Source: the human T2T-CHM13v2.0 reference genome, Homo sapiens | Reading direction: 5' to 3' (one strand) | Assembly: GCF_009914755.1 (NCBI RefSeq) | Contig: NC_060937.1 | Length of the DNA stretch: 64,000 nucleotides | Part shown: piece by piece, positions 1 through 16,200 of the stretch | Position numbering within the stretch: the first letter of the stretch is position 1 | Layout: every line of letters begins with the position of its first letter | The notes under the pieces: model-generated | Told to the model about the DNA's origin: nothing | What the model saw: only the letters and a program-made list of their open reading frames with translations | Databases searched by the model: none | Made by a program: the position numbers and the translations under genes

Positions 1-315
1 AAGATTAAGTAGAGTAAGAATAGAATGTCTTGTTTTTTTAACTTAGGGTAGCTTTTCTTAACCAGGTCCTGTGAGACAAGTACATCTCAAGGTTTAAGAC
101 TGTCACCATATACAATGAACTAAAGTCCTATGTAACTAAAATGGTATTAGCTAAGTATCAACTTTGTGAGAATTTAGAAAATATTGACACAAATAATTTA
201 GAATTAATGTCATGACAACTTACATGAAATATAAAGAAAACCCTTCAATGATGTAATTCTAAATATCACTGCCTATTTTGCTATGAATTTGTAGATTTTA
301 CTTCTATGTATATTT

Positions 316-637
<322 letters not shown>

Positions 638-759
638 TAAACCCCACGGTACACTTTTTGTCTCAAACATGCAAATGTCTTTTAAATAAATTAGGAGAAC
701 AAATGGTATTTTATATTTGTGCATATTTACTGTCACTAGCGTCCTTTAATATTTACCCT

Positions 760-2150
760 ACATTCAAATGTCCATCAGGTTCCATTTCATTCATCTTAAA
801 AACCTCCCTAGAGCATTTGTTTTAGTGAAGGTCAACTGGCTTCAAATCCTCACAGATGTGATCTATCTGAAAATGCCTTTATTTACTTGCATTTTCTAAG
901 GATATTTTCATTAAATATACGATCCTGAGTTTGTCCTCTCATTGTTCAGCACTTTGCGCTTTTTCATTAACCTCTCAAAAGTAAACCATCATTCATTTAG
1001 TTGCTTTCCTACGTATAATACGTCTTTTTTAGCCCTCTTCAGGCATTTTCAAAAATTTTCTTATTATTTTATGTTCGGCATTCAGTTATAACGTGTCTAG
1101 GTATGGCATTATTTGTATTTAAAATGCTTACAGTTAATCCATCTTGGAATTAGAGCTTTGATGTTTTAATTTTAAATTTTGGAACATTTTGACTTTGCTT
1201 CATTAAATATTTGTCTCCCTTTGCCTCTGTCTCTGTCCCTCTCTCTTTATTCCCCCAACTCCCTTTCTTTCCTTACTGAGTATCAGTGATGCTCTGTTTC
1301 TTTATCTTTGACTATTTTCTCTCATTCCTGCCAGTCAGACAATTCCTACCAATATATCTAGAAGTTTATTGACTCTTATTTCTGTTATTTCCAATCTGCT
1401 GTTATGTTTATACAGTAAATTTTAAATATCAGATATTATATGTATGTTCCATCTGGTTCTTTTATAACTTATTAATTAATGTTTTTATTTTGTCTAAAAC
1501 AAAGTTACTGGTAGACCTTTTTAACCCTTTCAGTGTGATTTTGATTTTTGTTGTAACTTGCTTATTTTTGTTATGTCTTTAGTCAATTTTCTTATCCAAG
1601 GGTGTAAGTCTTTACTGCTAAGGCATGACCTTTCTGAGGTTTCTGCTGAATGTGCAATGTACACAGTGAGGTCTCTCTAACCAGGCTGGGACAGGATCCC
1701 TGCACCTCCCAGGCCTGCATGATCTCTGACACCTCTGCTTGGCTCCCAGTCCCTCAGAAATAACTCATCCAAAAGCCCCATGAACATTCACCCTGCCTGC
1801 GTGCAGCTAATTCCTCAGCCAAGAACAAATGGTAACCCCTGCTTACCCTCTGGGGCTTCAGCACTGTGTAGTCATGTTCTCTGTCATATCCTGCCCATAA
1901 ATTCTAGCTTCAGTAGCACCAAATCTTGCCTTTTCAGTTCAGCAAAACTGCATACTACATTGAAGCACAACACCCCAGCTAACAGAGAGTGTGTATGTCT
2001 TTTTCTTCTTTTAAGGATCACAGTCCTGATCTGGGTGCAATCTAGTGTCTGAAAATAGTTTTGTCATTCTTTTTCTAGATTTATGGTTGATCTGATAGGA
2101 TGGAAAATTTGGGTAAGTTATTCCAGTGTGATTGTACATTCACATCTCTT
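760..2150 (-). mobile_element. Ancient L1M (L1ME/MD-like) ORF1/5' region remnant
   Basis: T-rich degenerate sequence with typical antisense old-L1 motifs (e.g. TCTGAAAATGCCTTTATTT, CAGCACTTT, GTGTCTAGGT). Recognised by eye; edges approximate. Confidence 0.5.
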
Positions 2151-2238
2151 GTAAAAAAAGTTTTTCCTAGATGGATTTCATAATTTGAATCTTTGAGTTG
2201 CAGTCTTTGATGACGATTGGGAAATTCTTAGTTAGTAT

Positions 2239-2753
2239 TGTAACCACATACAAGTCCCGGTGCTCACTGCCTGAGAAGCCTATTAAAAAGTAAGGTTTAG
2301 TGAAGGGAAAGCAGCTTTGTTAATCAAATAGCAGTTTGGAAATGGCCGGGCTCATGCCTCTAAAACACAATTTCAAATGAGTTTAAGAAGGGAAACCAAG
2401 TATGAGAAGCACACAAGAATGGTCCAGGATATGGGGTCTACATGTCTTGCTCCAATAGCCATCTTGAGTTAGTGTCCATCTGAAGTACAGGCTGACACCA
2501 TCTCAACAATGACTGGCTTGTAGAGTAATTGACTTGAAGTGATCTCTAAATGGGAGGGAATTCCTCAGCTGAGTATCCAGGCCTGGTTCATTTCAAGATT
2601 AACCACTGGAAATTTTAAGCAAGCAAATAATTAGATAACCAAGCGCAGTGCCAGGAAGGGAGGGGAAGAATTTTGAAACACATCTCAAAGCTAAGACTAG
2701 AGAAGCGGAAAAAGGTTTAAAAATGCATTTTGGATCTAAACTGCCTGGTTACA
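2239..2753 (-). mobile_element. Solo LTR, probably ERV1 class (family not assigned)
   Basis: 515 bp bounded by 8-bp terminal inverted repeats TGTAACCA...TGGTTACA; flanks GTAT/TTAT fit a decayed 4-bp TSD. Orientation is tentative. Confidence 0.65.
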
Positions 2754-3590
2754 TTATGTCATCAAATATTATTTCTGTGCCAGATTTTTATGCTCTCTCA
2801 GAATATGGTTATATTAGTCTCACTATCTACTGTTTCTTACTTTGTCTTCGGAAGTTTTCACTGGTTTGCTCTTGTTGTATTATTTGTATTGAATTAAGAA
2901 GAACCTTTTAGTTTGTTAATTTTCAAATTTGTATTGCAGGCTATTTCCACTACAAATCTATACCTTTTTTTTCAAATCTATTATATATTCTTTATATTTT
3001 CCAGTTTTGAGCTAAAATTGTGAATATTCTTTTACCTTCTTGAAGTTAAACTGAAACAGAATTATATTTATATTAATGTCTGTATCTTAGCATTCCAATA
3101 TCAGAAAGGAACTTTTGTTTCCCTAGACATGGAGGCTGTCAGAGCCCTCTGCAAACTCTCAGTCGTCTTTCAGAATAGGCAAAGGGCTCCACGATAAATG
3201 TGGCTCCAAATACTAAGTTCCATTTTTTGTGTGTTTCTGTGTTCTATCATTGATTGTTGGTTCAATACATAGGTAAGATTTTTTCTAGGCATCTTTATGT
3301 AGTGCCTCGTATACATTTTATTTATTAACACAGCTATTATGTTTACTATATTTTAAATATTTATTTAATGGACAAATGATTTGAACTGATGCCATGCAGG
3401 AATATATAGAAAAACAATGGCACAAAAGTCCATGAAAATATACTCAATACAATTAGAAGTAAGAGAAATACAAAATTAAAACTACAATGAAATACCACTG
3501 CACACCCTCTAAATTAATTTAAAAACATTACAGAATACCAGTAAGCATGTGAAGCTACAGGAACTCTTCTGCATTATTTATTGTTGTTTA

Positions 3591-5335
<1,745 letters not shown>

Positions 5336-5499
5336 ATAAAAGTACAGTGAAATAAAAACCCGATGCTTTGAAGTTATGCTTAACATCTTGTCAACTGTAG
5401 TATCTGCCATGATATTTCCTTTTCTCCATCTTTTATCAGTCTTTGTGACACCTCTCTTCTTATTATAATTTGGATTAAGTAATACATGTGACACTTGAA

Positions 5500-6045
5500 C
5501 ATTATGAGGCCAAAGATGATTATAAAAACTGTGAAATTGCCTGACTTTATTTGCTTGCTTTGGAAACCTTAAGAAAAGGAAATGACAGGTTTAGGTCAGC
5601 CAACTCTCAAGCCATAACATGCTCTAAAACCAGAGGAGTTCTTAGTAGCGTTTAAGGAGGCATAAAACTCTTATAGCCTCAGGCCTGACTGTGGTGAAAA
5701 TCAGGCCAGGAATCAAATGTAAGGATAGGAAAGCTAACAGGAGATTGAATGCTAAGCCATGATATATATCATAGGTCAAAATAGTGTCATGATTGGTATG
5801 AGTACATACCCTTATTCTGGTATGTGAAAATTTGGACAGCAGACTCTGAGAATTTTGAATGCACAGATTTTCTTGAAACTTCTGTGTAAGTAGCTACTTT
5901 ATTTCTTTGTGAACAAGAGCAGGTTCCCATTATCTGAAAACCTTTCAAAGATCACATTTGAAGCAGTTGCTTTACCAAATGACACTTGTCCTCTTCCTTT
6001 CTCCAATTTACTAAAGAGAATAATTCACATTGTTCTTAGACCAAC
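5500..6045 (+). mobile_element. ERVL/MaLR internal (gag-like) remnant, interrupted by the LTR at 6046 and probably resuming at 6754-7200
   Basis: Degenerate purine-rich sequence resembling ERVL-type internal regions; no ORF. Recognised by eye only. Confidence 0.35.
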
Positions 6046-6753
6046 TGTTCTGTGCGGGAGATGCATGAGGGGAGAAGAAAAGGCACACACAATAATTTTA
6101 AGGGTAAACAGCCTTTATCCCAAGTATATGGCAATACAGGTATAATAAGCAAATGATATAATAAGCAAATTGATATGGGAAGGGGAGAAGGGAAAAGATA
6201 TGTATATATTTACATTCACCATACTGTGGAGGAAGCATCTCCAGACCGAGAAGCAACAGCTTGGGCTCCAGAGTCAGACACTACACTCACCAGACTATGA
6301 ACGATTCATCACCAGACCGGGAAGCATCAGCCTGGGCTCCAGAGTCAGACACTACACTCACCAGACTATGGACGATTCACTACCAGACCGGAAAGCAACA
6401 CCCTGGGCTCCAGAGTCGGCCACTCGTCCGTGCACAGACAGGAGAGATCTCATGAAGCTTCGGCACAGTCTGGGACCCTAGTTCTTTTTGTAACGAGTTG
6501 TTTGGCATGAGGCCCAGTCACAAGGGTCCTTCCCGACTGGGCTCAAGGAACACTAAAAGGTCAACTTGTTTTTGTGATTGTCTGTTGTTTTTCAATAACT
6601 AAAATATAGGAATAGATTGAAATAGAGATTTCTCAGAAACAGTGCTGGATGAATGCCTCAAGGGGCTCATACAGCCTGTTCCAGAACTTGGTGACCATTG
6701 TTTGTGTCCACGTTTAATTGAGTCCAAATTTAATATTTAACTTTTCCTCCACA
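6046..6753 (-). mobile_element. Solo LTR, ERVL class (resembles LTR18B; name unverified)
   Basis: TG...CA termini; on the minus strand it starts TGTGGAGGAAAAGTTAAATATTAAATTTG. Flanked by CCAAC (6041-6045) and CCATC (6754-6758), a 5-bp TSD with one mismatch, as expected for ERVL. Confidence 0.8.
6211..6423. repeat. Tandem repeat, 3 x 71 bp, inside the LTR
   Basis: TACA(C/T)TCACC recurs at 6211, 6282 and 6353; CCAGACCG recurs at 6241, 6312 and 6383. Confidence 0.92.
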
Positions 6754-7839
6754 CCATCCTCCATGGAGAGAGTCTGTATCAAGTAAGAAGTAACTTAAAC
6801 TCCAGAGGAAGTCTAGGGCATTGCTATCATGTATTGAGATGAAATTTATGAAAATATAGAGAATTTTCAAAAGATATTTTTTAGATGTGGCAGAATGTAA
6901 AGTTGGATGGCAAAAAAAAAAAAAATGCAAAACTCACTTATACTCTCCCATCATACAGGATTTAATTTTTTAGCCAGGATATTGGAGCTGTGCTAACATG
7001 TTGCCGGAATGACTTACTGAAGCTTGGGTATGATAATGACCTAGATGGACTTGACAAAAATGCCTTGCTATAGTATTAGAAAGAGTTGAGAAACTATGGG
7101 GGTTGATACATTAGAACCAACTTTTATGTGAGACCAGAGTCATCAACTCACTGACATTAACAACAGACAGTCACAAAAACAAGTTACTCAGGAGGGCTCA
7201 GAGGACCTGCCTTTGAAAAGCCTATTTGTCTTAGCTTAGGGTCACCTCAAAAGCAGCAGCCATGGTTAGTTCATTCATGAGACTTTTGCAGCAGCACTTA
7301 AATGGTTAAAGAGGGAGGCTGGCTAACATTTAAGCTAGCCAGGCATCCTATTCACTTGGCTGTCATGTGCCTCTTTTTTAGTGGATAATCTCTGGTCGGC
7401 AGAAAGATTGCATATTTAGAACTCAGAAACACAGTCTACATGCATCACCATTCTCAACATTTTCTTTTCTCTTTTCATTTGTTTTTCCTCCTAGTACTCG
7501 ATCAACCAGGCAACCTATTTACTATTTACCATCTGGGACTCCATCTTCACCTGTACCTTGGGTTGCTTCTCCCTGAATTCAAAGAGAACGTCTATACCCT
7601 TACCACTCTCAAATGTGTTCATATCCTTTTATCATCATATTATAGGCCTAGTCCCTGACTAGGTCTACTGCTGCCATCAATGTATTGTATCAGTCCATTG
7701 ATGAGCCAGACCCAATTAGTTCCTTCTTTGGTGATTGTCCTAGGAGAGCCATCATGTGTCCATAAGTGCAAGCTGAGGAAGAGGCACCAATTCAACAGCT
7801 AGATGCTATGGGATCTAAGCCACCTATTTATATAATTTA

Positions 7840-8138
7840 CATTTATTTATTTATTTGAGACAGAGTCTCGCTCTGTCGCCCAGGCTGGAGTGCGGTGGCG
7901 CGATCTAGGCTCACTGCAGGCTCCGCCTCCCGGGTTCACGCCATTCTCCTGCCTCAGCCTCCCGAGTAGCTGGACCTACAGGTGCCTGCCACCACTCCCG
8001 GCTATTTTTTTGTGTTTTTTAGTAGAGACGGGGTTTCACTGTGTTAGCCAGAATGGTCTCGATCTCCTAACCTCTTGATCCACCCGCCTCAGCCTCCCAG
8101 AGTGCTGGGATTACAGGTGTGAGCCACCGCGCCCGGCC
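7840..8138 (-). mobile_element. AluY
   Basis: Antisense Alu with AluY features (GGGTTCACGCCATTCTCC, GTGTTAGCCAG, many CpGs retained), (TTTA)n tail, and TSD TATAATTTA at 7831 and 8141. Confidence 0.93.
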
Positions 8139-8335
8139 TGTATAATTTATTTTTAACTTCTGGATTTGTTTGGGCCTAATTCTGGACCTGCATCTTCAAC
8201 ACACAATAGATAATAGCTGTTCCCATTCAACCGAATGACTCAGTGAACCTGTGACATCTCAGCTCATTATGGAAAACACCACTTGTTACTTAATGCGCGG
8301 TAACTAGAAACTGCTGCTTTCAAGAGTGATTGATA

Positions 8336-8920
<585 letters not shown>

Positions 8921-9099
8921 TTATTAATTGTGAGACACTGAAAAAATTACCATGTTTCATCAAGGCTCTGATTTCTGAATCATAAACATGATGAAGAAGA
9001 ACGTCCTATCTTCTAAACTTATTGGGAAGAAAACTTAGGCACAATATTCTAAAATGACATTTTACTGCTAACATAATCTATAACAGTTTAAATTAAGCT

Positions 9100-10800
9100 A
9101 TGAAATAAATTAAGACTCGTCTCATTGGAGTCTAATTACTAAATCCAATTGATATTTTTCAGGACATACATACTTATTTTAGTTCACCTTTCAATAATTT
9201 CTTACTTCTTACCATGGATCCTTCTTCATTTTTTAAGACTCTTTCATTTGAAGTGACCTAAAGCATCTTTGTTCTCTGGTTTTCCTTCTTCTCAGGAAAG
9301 TTATTTATAAGATAGTGGTAAGATTGTAATTTTTGGTCTTATTATTTTTTGGTAGCCCTTCTTTCTCACACACATAGAAAAGATATCTTCTGTCTGTGGC
9401 CATTTTCAAGTCTCAATCTACGTTCTTTAACTTTGGATGATTTAATATATTCCCAACATCTTACTTTTTACCTATATGTTGATGACCTCCAAATTTATGT
9501 CTCTATTCCAAATGTCTCTTCCCACACATGTCATTCAAGGTCTTGCAACATTTTCTTACATACTTCTCACAGTTTTACACACGATTAGCAAAATTATTTC
9601 CACTATGTTTCACCTATATCAGATTATATAGAAACATGCATTATTTTTATCTTTCTAATTTAAATAATCTTTCTTATCTGTGGTATCAAAAATTAAAACT
9701 CAGCCCTTCTGAGGACTCTCCCTCTCCAGGGCCTGATAAAGTTCAGAGGAAGTAAATTTTCCAGAACCCTGTGGCTCAGTCCTGTAATCTCAGCTTACGC
9801 TGTGCCCTGCAGGAACATTTATTGTCTGAGGCCTGAGGTTTGTACGCAGGTGGCTGCTTTGGCTGTTTCCGTGTTATATCTGGATACAAGGAGCTTTGCA
9901 GAATTTGGCAGTACCCGGTCGAGCCAGCCTTCCTGGACCAAAACCGGCCACCATCCCCCTCCAAGATCCTGGATGTTTTACATCCACACATTCAAAATCA
10001 CAATCTACTTCCTATTTTGGCTCTTGAGGGCTCTCTTTTCACCCTCATTGGCAGTTTCTGCCTCTTTCTGCCAATCACCTCTTTCACAGCTTCCAGCCCT
10101 GCAAAATTCAGCGTAGTCTTCCCATCCCCCTTTAATTATTTGGAGTGGGAGTAGTTGAATAAGAATTTAAATGTTATCTTTTTTATTTTCCTTATAACAC
10201 ATCTTATTTCATCGGTATATAATGCTACTATTAACTTAATCAGCCAAATGTGAGACCTTAAGAATCATTTGATGTTTTTCCTTCTCAGTTCATCATCGAT
10301 TCTTAATGTTTCTACTCTAAATGTCTCTCAAATCCGTCCTCTGCTCACTGTCTTTACTGCCATGAACTTAGCAAAAGACCCCATTACTATGCCCTTACTC
10401 ATCTCCCTGCCTCCAGCCTCAATTCCCTTTAATCAATGTTCTAAGCTCCTGATGGAGCAATATTTCTAAAATACAAATCTCATCTTGCTACCACCTACAC
10501 CACACCCACCTGCTTTAAACCACTTATTGGATTTTTTTTTAATTCCCTTTGCCTAGAATTTAACTAATTACCTGATTAATGATAGTTGCTATGTACTGAA
10601 GAGTCCCTCAGTGCTGAGCATGAGTACAAGCTGTGTATTCCTGATCTCTTTTGGTCTACTATATCCTCGTGATATATATTACCCCATTCTAAGATGATGA
10701 AACTGAGAATTGGAAAGCTTGATTAATTAGCCCAAGTAATCTACCTTGCTACTGATGGAGACAAGACTCCTATCCAGATCTCTCATAATCACTTATCATT
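9100..10800 (-). mobile_element. L2 remnants followed by a MIR fragment (about 10660-10790)
   Basis: L2 motifs CTATATGTTGATGACCTCCAAATTTATGTCTC and AAATGTCTCTCAAATCCGTCC; MIR core GATGATGAAACTGAG. The L2 is interrupted by a GC-richer block at 9679-9990. Confidence 0.6.
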
Positions 10801-11362
10801 CACATATAAATCTTCCCTATTGATCCACCTCTTTGCCAGTTCCTGTCATACCAGGTGTGTTCTAGTCAAACCAAAGTACTATTTTTTATCCATTTGTTTG
10901 CTTCCCCAAGAGCCTGTCATAATTTTATCCCTTTAAATGTGTACTTCACTCTGTTTGTAACGCTGATCATGGGTTCCTTTCTCAGCCCAGTCCAAATGCT
11001 GCTTCTTTTTCCAAATATTTTAGAAAAATTTTCAAATATGTAGCATAGTTGAAATAATTTTACAGTGTCCATTAATATATCTGTCAAGTGTCTACCATTG
11101 ACATGGTACTGCATGTTACTAATATAATCTATGCAACATTATATCCATCTATTATTCTATTTATGATGTCTAAAAATTAAAATTTAGAAGTCAGTTCAGC
11201 TTTCCATAAATAGTATGCACATCATTAATTAGAATTCACCATTTTAATTTTCTTTCTTTTGAGGTTTTACTTACAATAGAAAGTACAGCTCTTAAGTGTA
11301 CAGTGTCTTAGTTTTGACAAAGGTATGTACCTTTTTAAGACACCCAGAACAAACGGATATAT

Positions 11363-11742
11363 TGTTCCAGATTATAAATATGAAGATCTTTTGTGTAACA
11401 CCTACAACAATATTTCTCTAGCCTTAAAGTACGTGCCAAACTCAAAACTTGCTTAAACTGTCAGTTTTCCTTGTTAACTTGAACCTGCAGCATATACTTT
11501 TCCAGCCTTGCTTACCCTGAGGCCATTTGCTTTAGAAAACTACTTTGCCTGGCACATCACATTCTTGTTTCCTTGTTCCTTTTACTCCTGATCAACCTGC
11601 TTCCCTGAGACATATAAAACCTTTGCTTATGGCCAGAAGGCAGGGGAGTCTTACTTTCACAATGACCCTCCTGCTAACCATGAATAAAGACCTTCTTTTT
11701 GCAGATCCAGTCCGTGGTGCTTTATTTCAGGGCATTTTGACA
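11363..11742 (+). mobile_element. Possible old solo LTR
   Basis: TG...CA-bounded block with a TATA-like CATATAAAA (about 11610) followed by AATAAA (about 11683). No clear TSD. Confidence 0.35.
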
Positions 11743-12206
11743 AGTGAACATAAAGCTCTTTGCTTTAGATCACAAACTGGTACTAAATTATTACATAATT
11801 AATGGGAATGCTATTTCCAATTAACCAATATATAGATGGTAAATTGGTCAGCAGATGTGTCTTATTTTGGTATGTATGTTTCTGTATTTGTCGTTATTGT
11901 TGTTGTTGTATTTGCTTTTTTTCCCCATTTGTTTATACTATCTCTTTTATTTAATTAGAGAAAAAACACTTCTAAGCAGGAAAGAACACAGGAAGAGCAT
12001 GGCACTAATCCTAATATGACAGAAATGTGGTAAAAATTGGACTTTAGACACATGTCCTCTTCTATCAGAAGTGAAAATAATACCCAAATAGGCATTTGAG
12101 GGTGAAAAGAAACTGCAAATGAGTAGTAAAAAATGTGAATGAGTGCATGTGAATCCCAGTGCTTTTAAGTGCCTGGATCAGTCAAGATTTAGTTCATAAA
12201 AGCCTA

Positions 12207-12537
12207 GTTTTGTTTGTTTGTCTGTTTGTTTGTTTTTGTTTTTTGTTGTTGTTTTGTTTTGTTTTTTCAAGACTGAGTCTCGCTCTGTCGCCCAGGCTGG
12301 AGGGCAGTGGGGCGATCTCAGCTCACTGCAAGCTCCGCCTCCCGGGGTTCACGCCATTCTCCTGCGTCAGCCTTCCTGTTAGCTGGGATTACAGGCACCT
12401 GCCACCACGCCCGGCTAAATTTTTTTTTGTATTTTAGTAGAGACGGGGTTTCACCATATTAGGCAGGATGGTTTCCATCTCCTGACCTTGTGATCCACCC
12501 GCCTCAGCCTCCCAAAGTGCTGGGATTGCACCCGGCC
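12207..12537 (-). mobile_element. AluY with (TTTG)n-type tail and a small deletion near the 5' end
   Basis: CACTGCAAGCTCCGCC and TTCACGCCATTCT (Y-type); the head reads GGGATTGCACCCGGCC, lacking about 15 nt of consensus. Confidence 0.92.
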
Positions 12538-12714
12538 AAGTGTAGTTATTTTAACCAAGAGCTTGTTGCCTATAAAATCTGTGAAAATTTTGAAAGTCCA
12601 GATTCTAGGCTGAATGGCTGAATCTCAAAGAATCTTTCTCAGAACTTATACAACTTGCTCTAGGCTACTCTTCATATGTTGAAAGCAAGAAATCATCAGT
12701 TGCCTAAAATGCTG

Positions 12715-13213
12715 TGTCAGGGCTGAGAACAAGACACTTCTCAATATGGCAATTTGGTCACTGAGAAAACTGCAGAGGCAAGAAGGTTACTCTGAACATC
12801 TCCCACCTTTCTCCCCTGATGAATGGTCATAAGTAAATTCTTTGGCCTTCCTTACCTGATAGTAGGTCATAAGAACCTCACTGCATGGGCGTTCTACCCT
12901 AGATCCAGAGGCCAAGAAGAATCTGAACATATAAGCCTTGCTAAGTTCCTCCAAGTTTATTACCAGTAGGTCATACCCCATTTTTGTCCAATCATACTTC
13001 TACAGAACTGTCCAGCTTTATTGAACCTAATCATAAAAATAGAGTTTGCCCTGGATCTTTGGGTCTTCACTTCTGAAGGCTCCCATGTCACATTAAACTT
13101 TGGTTAAATAAATTCGTTATGCTTTCCTCATGTTAATCTATGTTCTGTTATAGGTGTGTAAGCCATTAGCCTTGACACGGTTGAGGAAAATAAATTCCCT
13201 TTTCTCCCCTATA
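12715..13213 (+). mobile_element. Solo LTR, ERV1 class, MER39-like
   Basis: Starts TGTCAGGGCTGAGAAC, ends TTTCTCCCCTATA, contains AATAAA, and has a perfect 4-bp TSD GCTG at 12711-12714 and 13214-13217. Confidence 0.8.
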
Positions 13214-16200
13214 GCTGTCAAAGCAATGACTTCTTGACATCTTGGAATCTGGAGAATGTATAGCATAGCTCCAATGCAGGGATTAAAAGAATGAAGAAGT
13301 TGTCGCTACAACTACTTCTGCCCTTGGTACTGCTTCTGCACACCCATAAATGTAGAAAACTCTCTCTCTCTTTATTTTTTTTATTTTTTGCCAAACTTGC
13401 TTTCCAAAAAAACAGTGGATGACAGATAACTCCTGTGAAGGCTAATTGGAGAAAACAGATTCTATTTAGAACTGAAAATGGAAGTACAAACTAGTATGGG
13501 AAATAAACCTCTAAGACCACAAATGTCTTCAACTAGAAAAAAGCAGGAATGGGTTGAGTGAGCACATTGCCATAAATATTTTAATCTATGTATGACTAAT
13601 TTTCACTTTATCATGTTGCATGTTCTTAAAGCTAATTATGTAGTTGGTGGTTTATGGTACATTTAACAATGTATGCAGGAATATTCAATTTTTAACTAAG
13701 AAAAAAGGTGTCCTTCACAAATATTTTCTGAACAGCTCATGTTCACATAATTTAAAATAAATTTGAAATTAAATTGAAGCAGTGGATGGCAAGGCAATGG
13801 AGATGAAATAAAAATGACTGCTCCTTTTGAAGTTAAAAAGTATATAAATTAAAATACCATTCCAATGAACTGGTTTAACAAGACCTTAACTAGTGCCTAG
13901 AAGCAAAAACGGTTTCCACTAATTTAATTAGAAAAAAATACAAGAAATAATTGAACAAAAATGACCACTTATTTCCCAAAGAGTTTCAGTTATAGCCTTT
14001 GAAATCAGATCATAAGTGGCACTCCAAGTTTCTCCTTTCTTTAGAGAGCTAGTTGATGCCAAGTGGCAAAAACTGAGAACAAAGGGGTTAACCCAATTTC
14101 AAGTTTGTCTTTGATGCACTTCCAAATCTCCTCTTGTGGGAAATGAAAGTGAATTGCTTTAAGTAGTTACAGAGTGGAAATAGATCAGAACAGTCTATCT
14201 CTGGCCTTGGTAAGAAGATGGTTTAGCTTATTTCTTCTTTGGAACAATATGTCTTGGTTGATTGTCTGTGTCTGTTTGAAACAAAAAGACCTACAGATAC
14301 CTGAAGCAAATGCATCATCATTCAACAAGTACAGTCATCTCCACGGAAAACTACTAATGGGAGATTTTATGTTAATCACAATGTCAACAGGGTTTATGTT
14401 TACTGGAAAATGTTTCTGTAAATTACTACTCCCTGTTTCATGTGCTTCTATATTGAATACTAACAGGCTAGAAAAAGATACAAAATTGGGCTCAAGTTAA
14501 TATGCAAGTTTACAGTGGGAAAATACTAAATAATGTTTCTAAATAGAAAGAAAACCTCTGTTTTGTTTTTGATAATGAGAGATCTTTCATTTCTTATGAA
14601 TTGCCTCCCTATTGAATAAGGTTTAAAGTGCACACAGTACCCATATGGTCCCCAGAGATCATTTATCATAACTCCTTTCAAATATAACCTCTCTTTCACC
14701 TACAAAGAAACTTAGACAACAAAGGCCACTCCTTAAGTTCAGCAGAGCATATTTGGATACAATCTACTATGGTGGAGGTTATGGCACCCTCCTGCCCTAT
14801 AACTAATTCATTATCATAATGTCAGATTTTCACATACACCCACATAGAAAGTACCTGGAAAGACATGCAACAATTGGAGCAATAATGGTAACATCAGCAT
14901 TGACTTATTTAAAAAGTTCAATTAAAAATTATTAAGAGCAGAAGAGCAGAATACCTCTTCCTTCTTCCTATATACTTTCAAAAAGAATAGTAGAACAAAA
15001 AATCTGCAGCTAAAATCTACAACTTACCTAGGGAAAAAGGTGTCCTTAGGAACCTTAAAACATGAGAAAATGGTGAAAAATCATTGGCTGCTACAATATC
15101 CAATGGCAGCAGCGTTTGTTTAGGAGGAAACAGAGCTAACTAAGGCAGCTGGACATCTGTTGGCTTGAAAAGAAAATATTAATTTCTATGCATGAATATA
15201 CTTAAAATGTTTAATTTAAAAGTTTTTAATTATAATTTTAAAATGTATAGCCATAGAGAATGTTACTGAACCACCTTGTTATTTTGAAAAATTGTAAATA
15301 AATATCAAAAAAGTAGCACCTATCCTGCTTTCTTGTATGAATTGAACTTTTTGGAACCACATATTGGAAATGAGACCTTTCAATTTATATAAGTTGTTCA
15401 ACTTAAAAAAATACGATAAATTATACTATCATTATTTTGCAACCACACATGAAGAAATTGATCTATAATTATTACTATTTAAAAACGTTGCAGAGAAACA
15501 ACATAGTAGTGTTTGCTTCCTGAAAGGAATACACAACTTATACAATAGTATTGATCTCTATTTTCTCCTAAAATGTATACTTTGTTTTGAGCATGACTCT
15601 ATAATATTTGTCAGAACATACAAGAAACAGTAAGAATATTGCATGACATTATAGGGGTGCTATCAGAAATGTCAAGATAATATGACTCTCTGTAGGATGA
15701 ATGACCACCTAGAAGTAATGGCATAAATTTTAACATGTGAAAGAATTTAGACTACAGATACAAGAAGCTAAGAGTAACCTTGGCAGGTTAAAAATGGAGA
15801 AAATCTAATCCATGCATACCATAAGAATACAGTCAAACTCAATGACAAATTTCAACAGCAATCAGAGAGGTTAAAAACACTTCACAAACAGAGGAAAATG
15901 ATGATAGGGATGACGGCTGACTTCTCATCTTCAATGCTAGAAGACAAAGAGATGGTATCTTTAAAGTTCATGAGAAAGGGATAAAGTTAACTTTGAATAC
16001 TCTATCAAGTGAAATAATATTCTAGAAATAAGGATGAAATAATGACATTCTCATATAAAAAAAGCTAAATGAATTAATTTTTACCTGTGCTACTAGAAAT
16101 GCTAAATAAAGCTCTTCCAGCTTAAGGGAACAATTAAGTGATAGAACTCTATCCATAGAAAGAAATGCAAAGCAATAGAAATAATAAAGATGTGGATAAA

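Noticed and set aside
6211-6423. CRISPR-like repeat array
   Set aside because: The units are contiguous with no unique spacers, lie inside a retroviral LTR in human DNA, and no cas genes are present.
14174-14500. 108-aa ORF in apparently unique sequence
   Set aside because: Non-ATG start, no recognisable protein similarity and no coherent exon boundaries.
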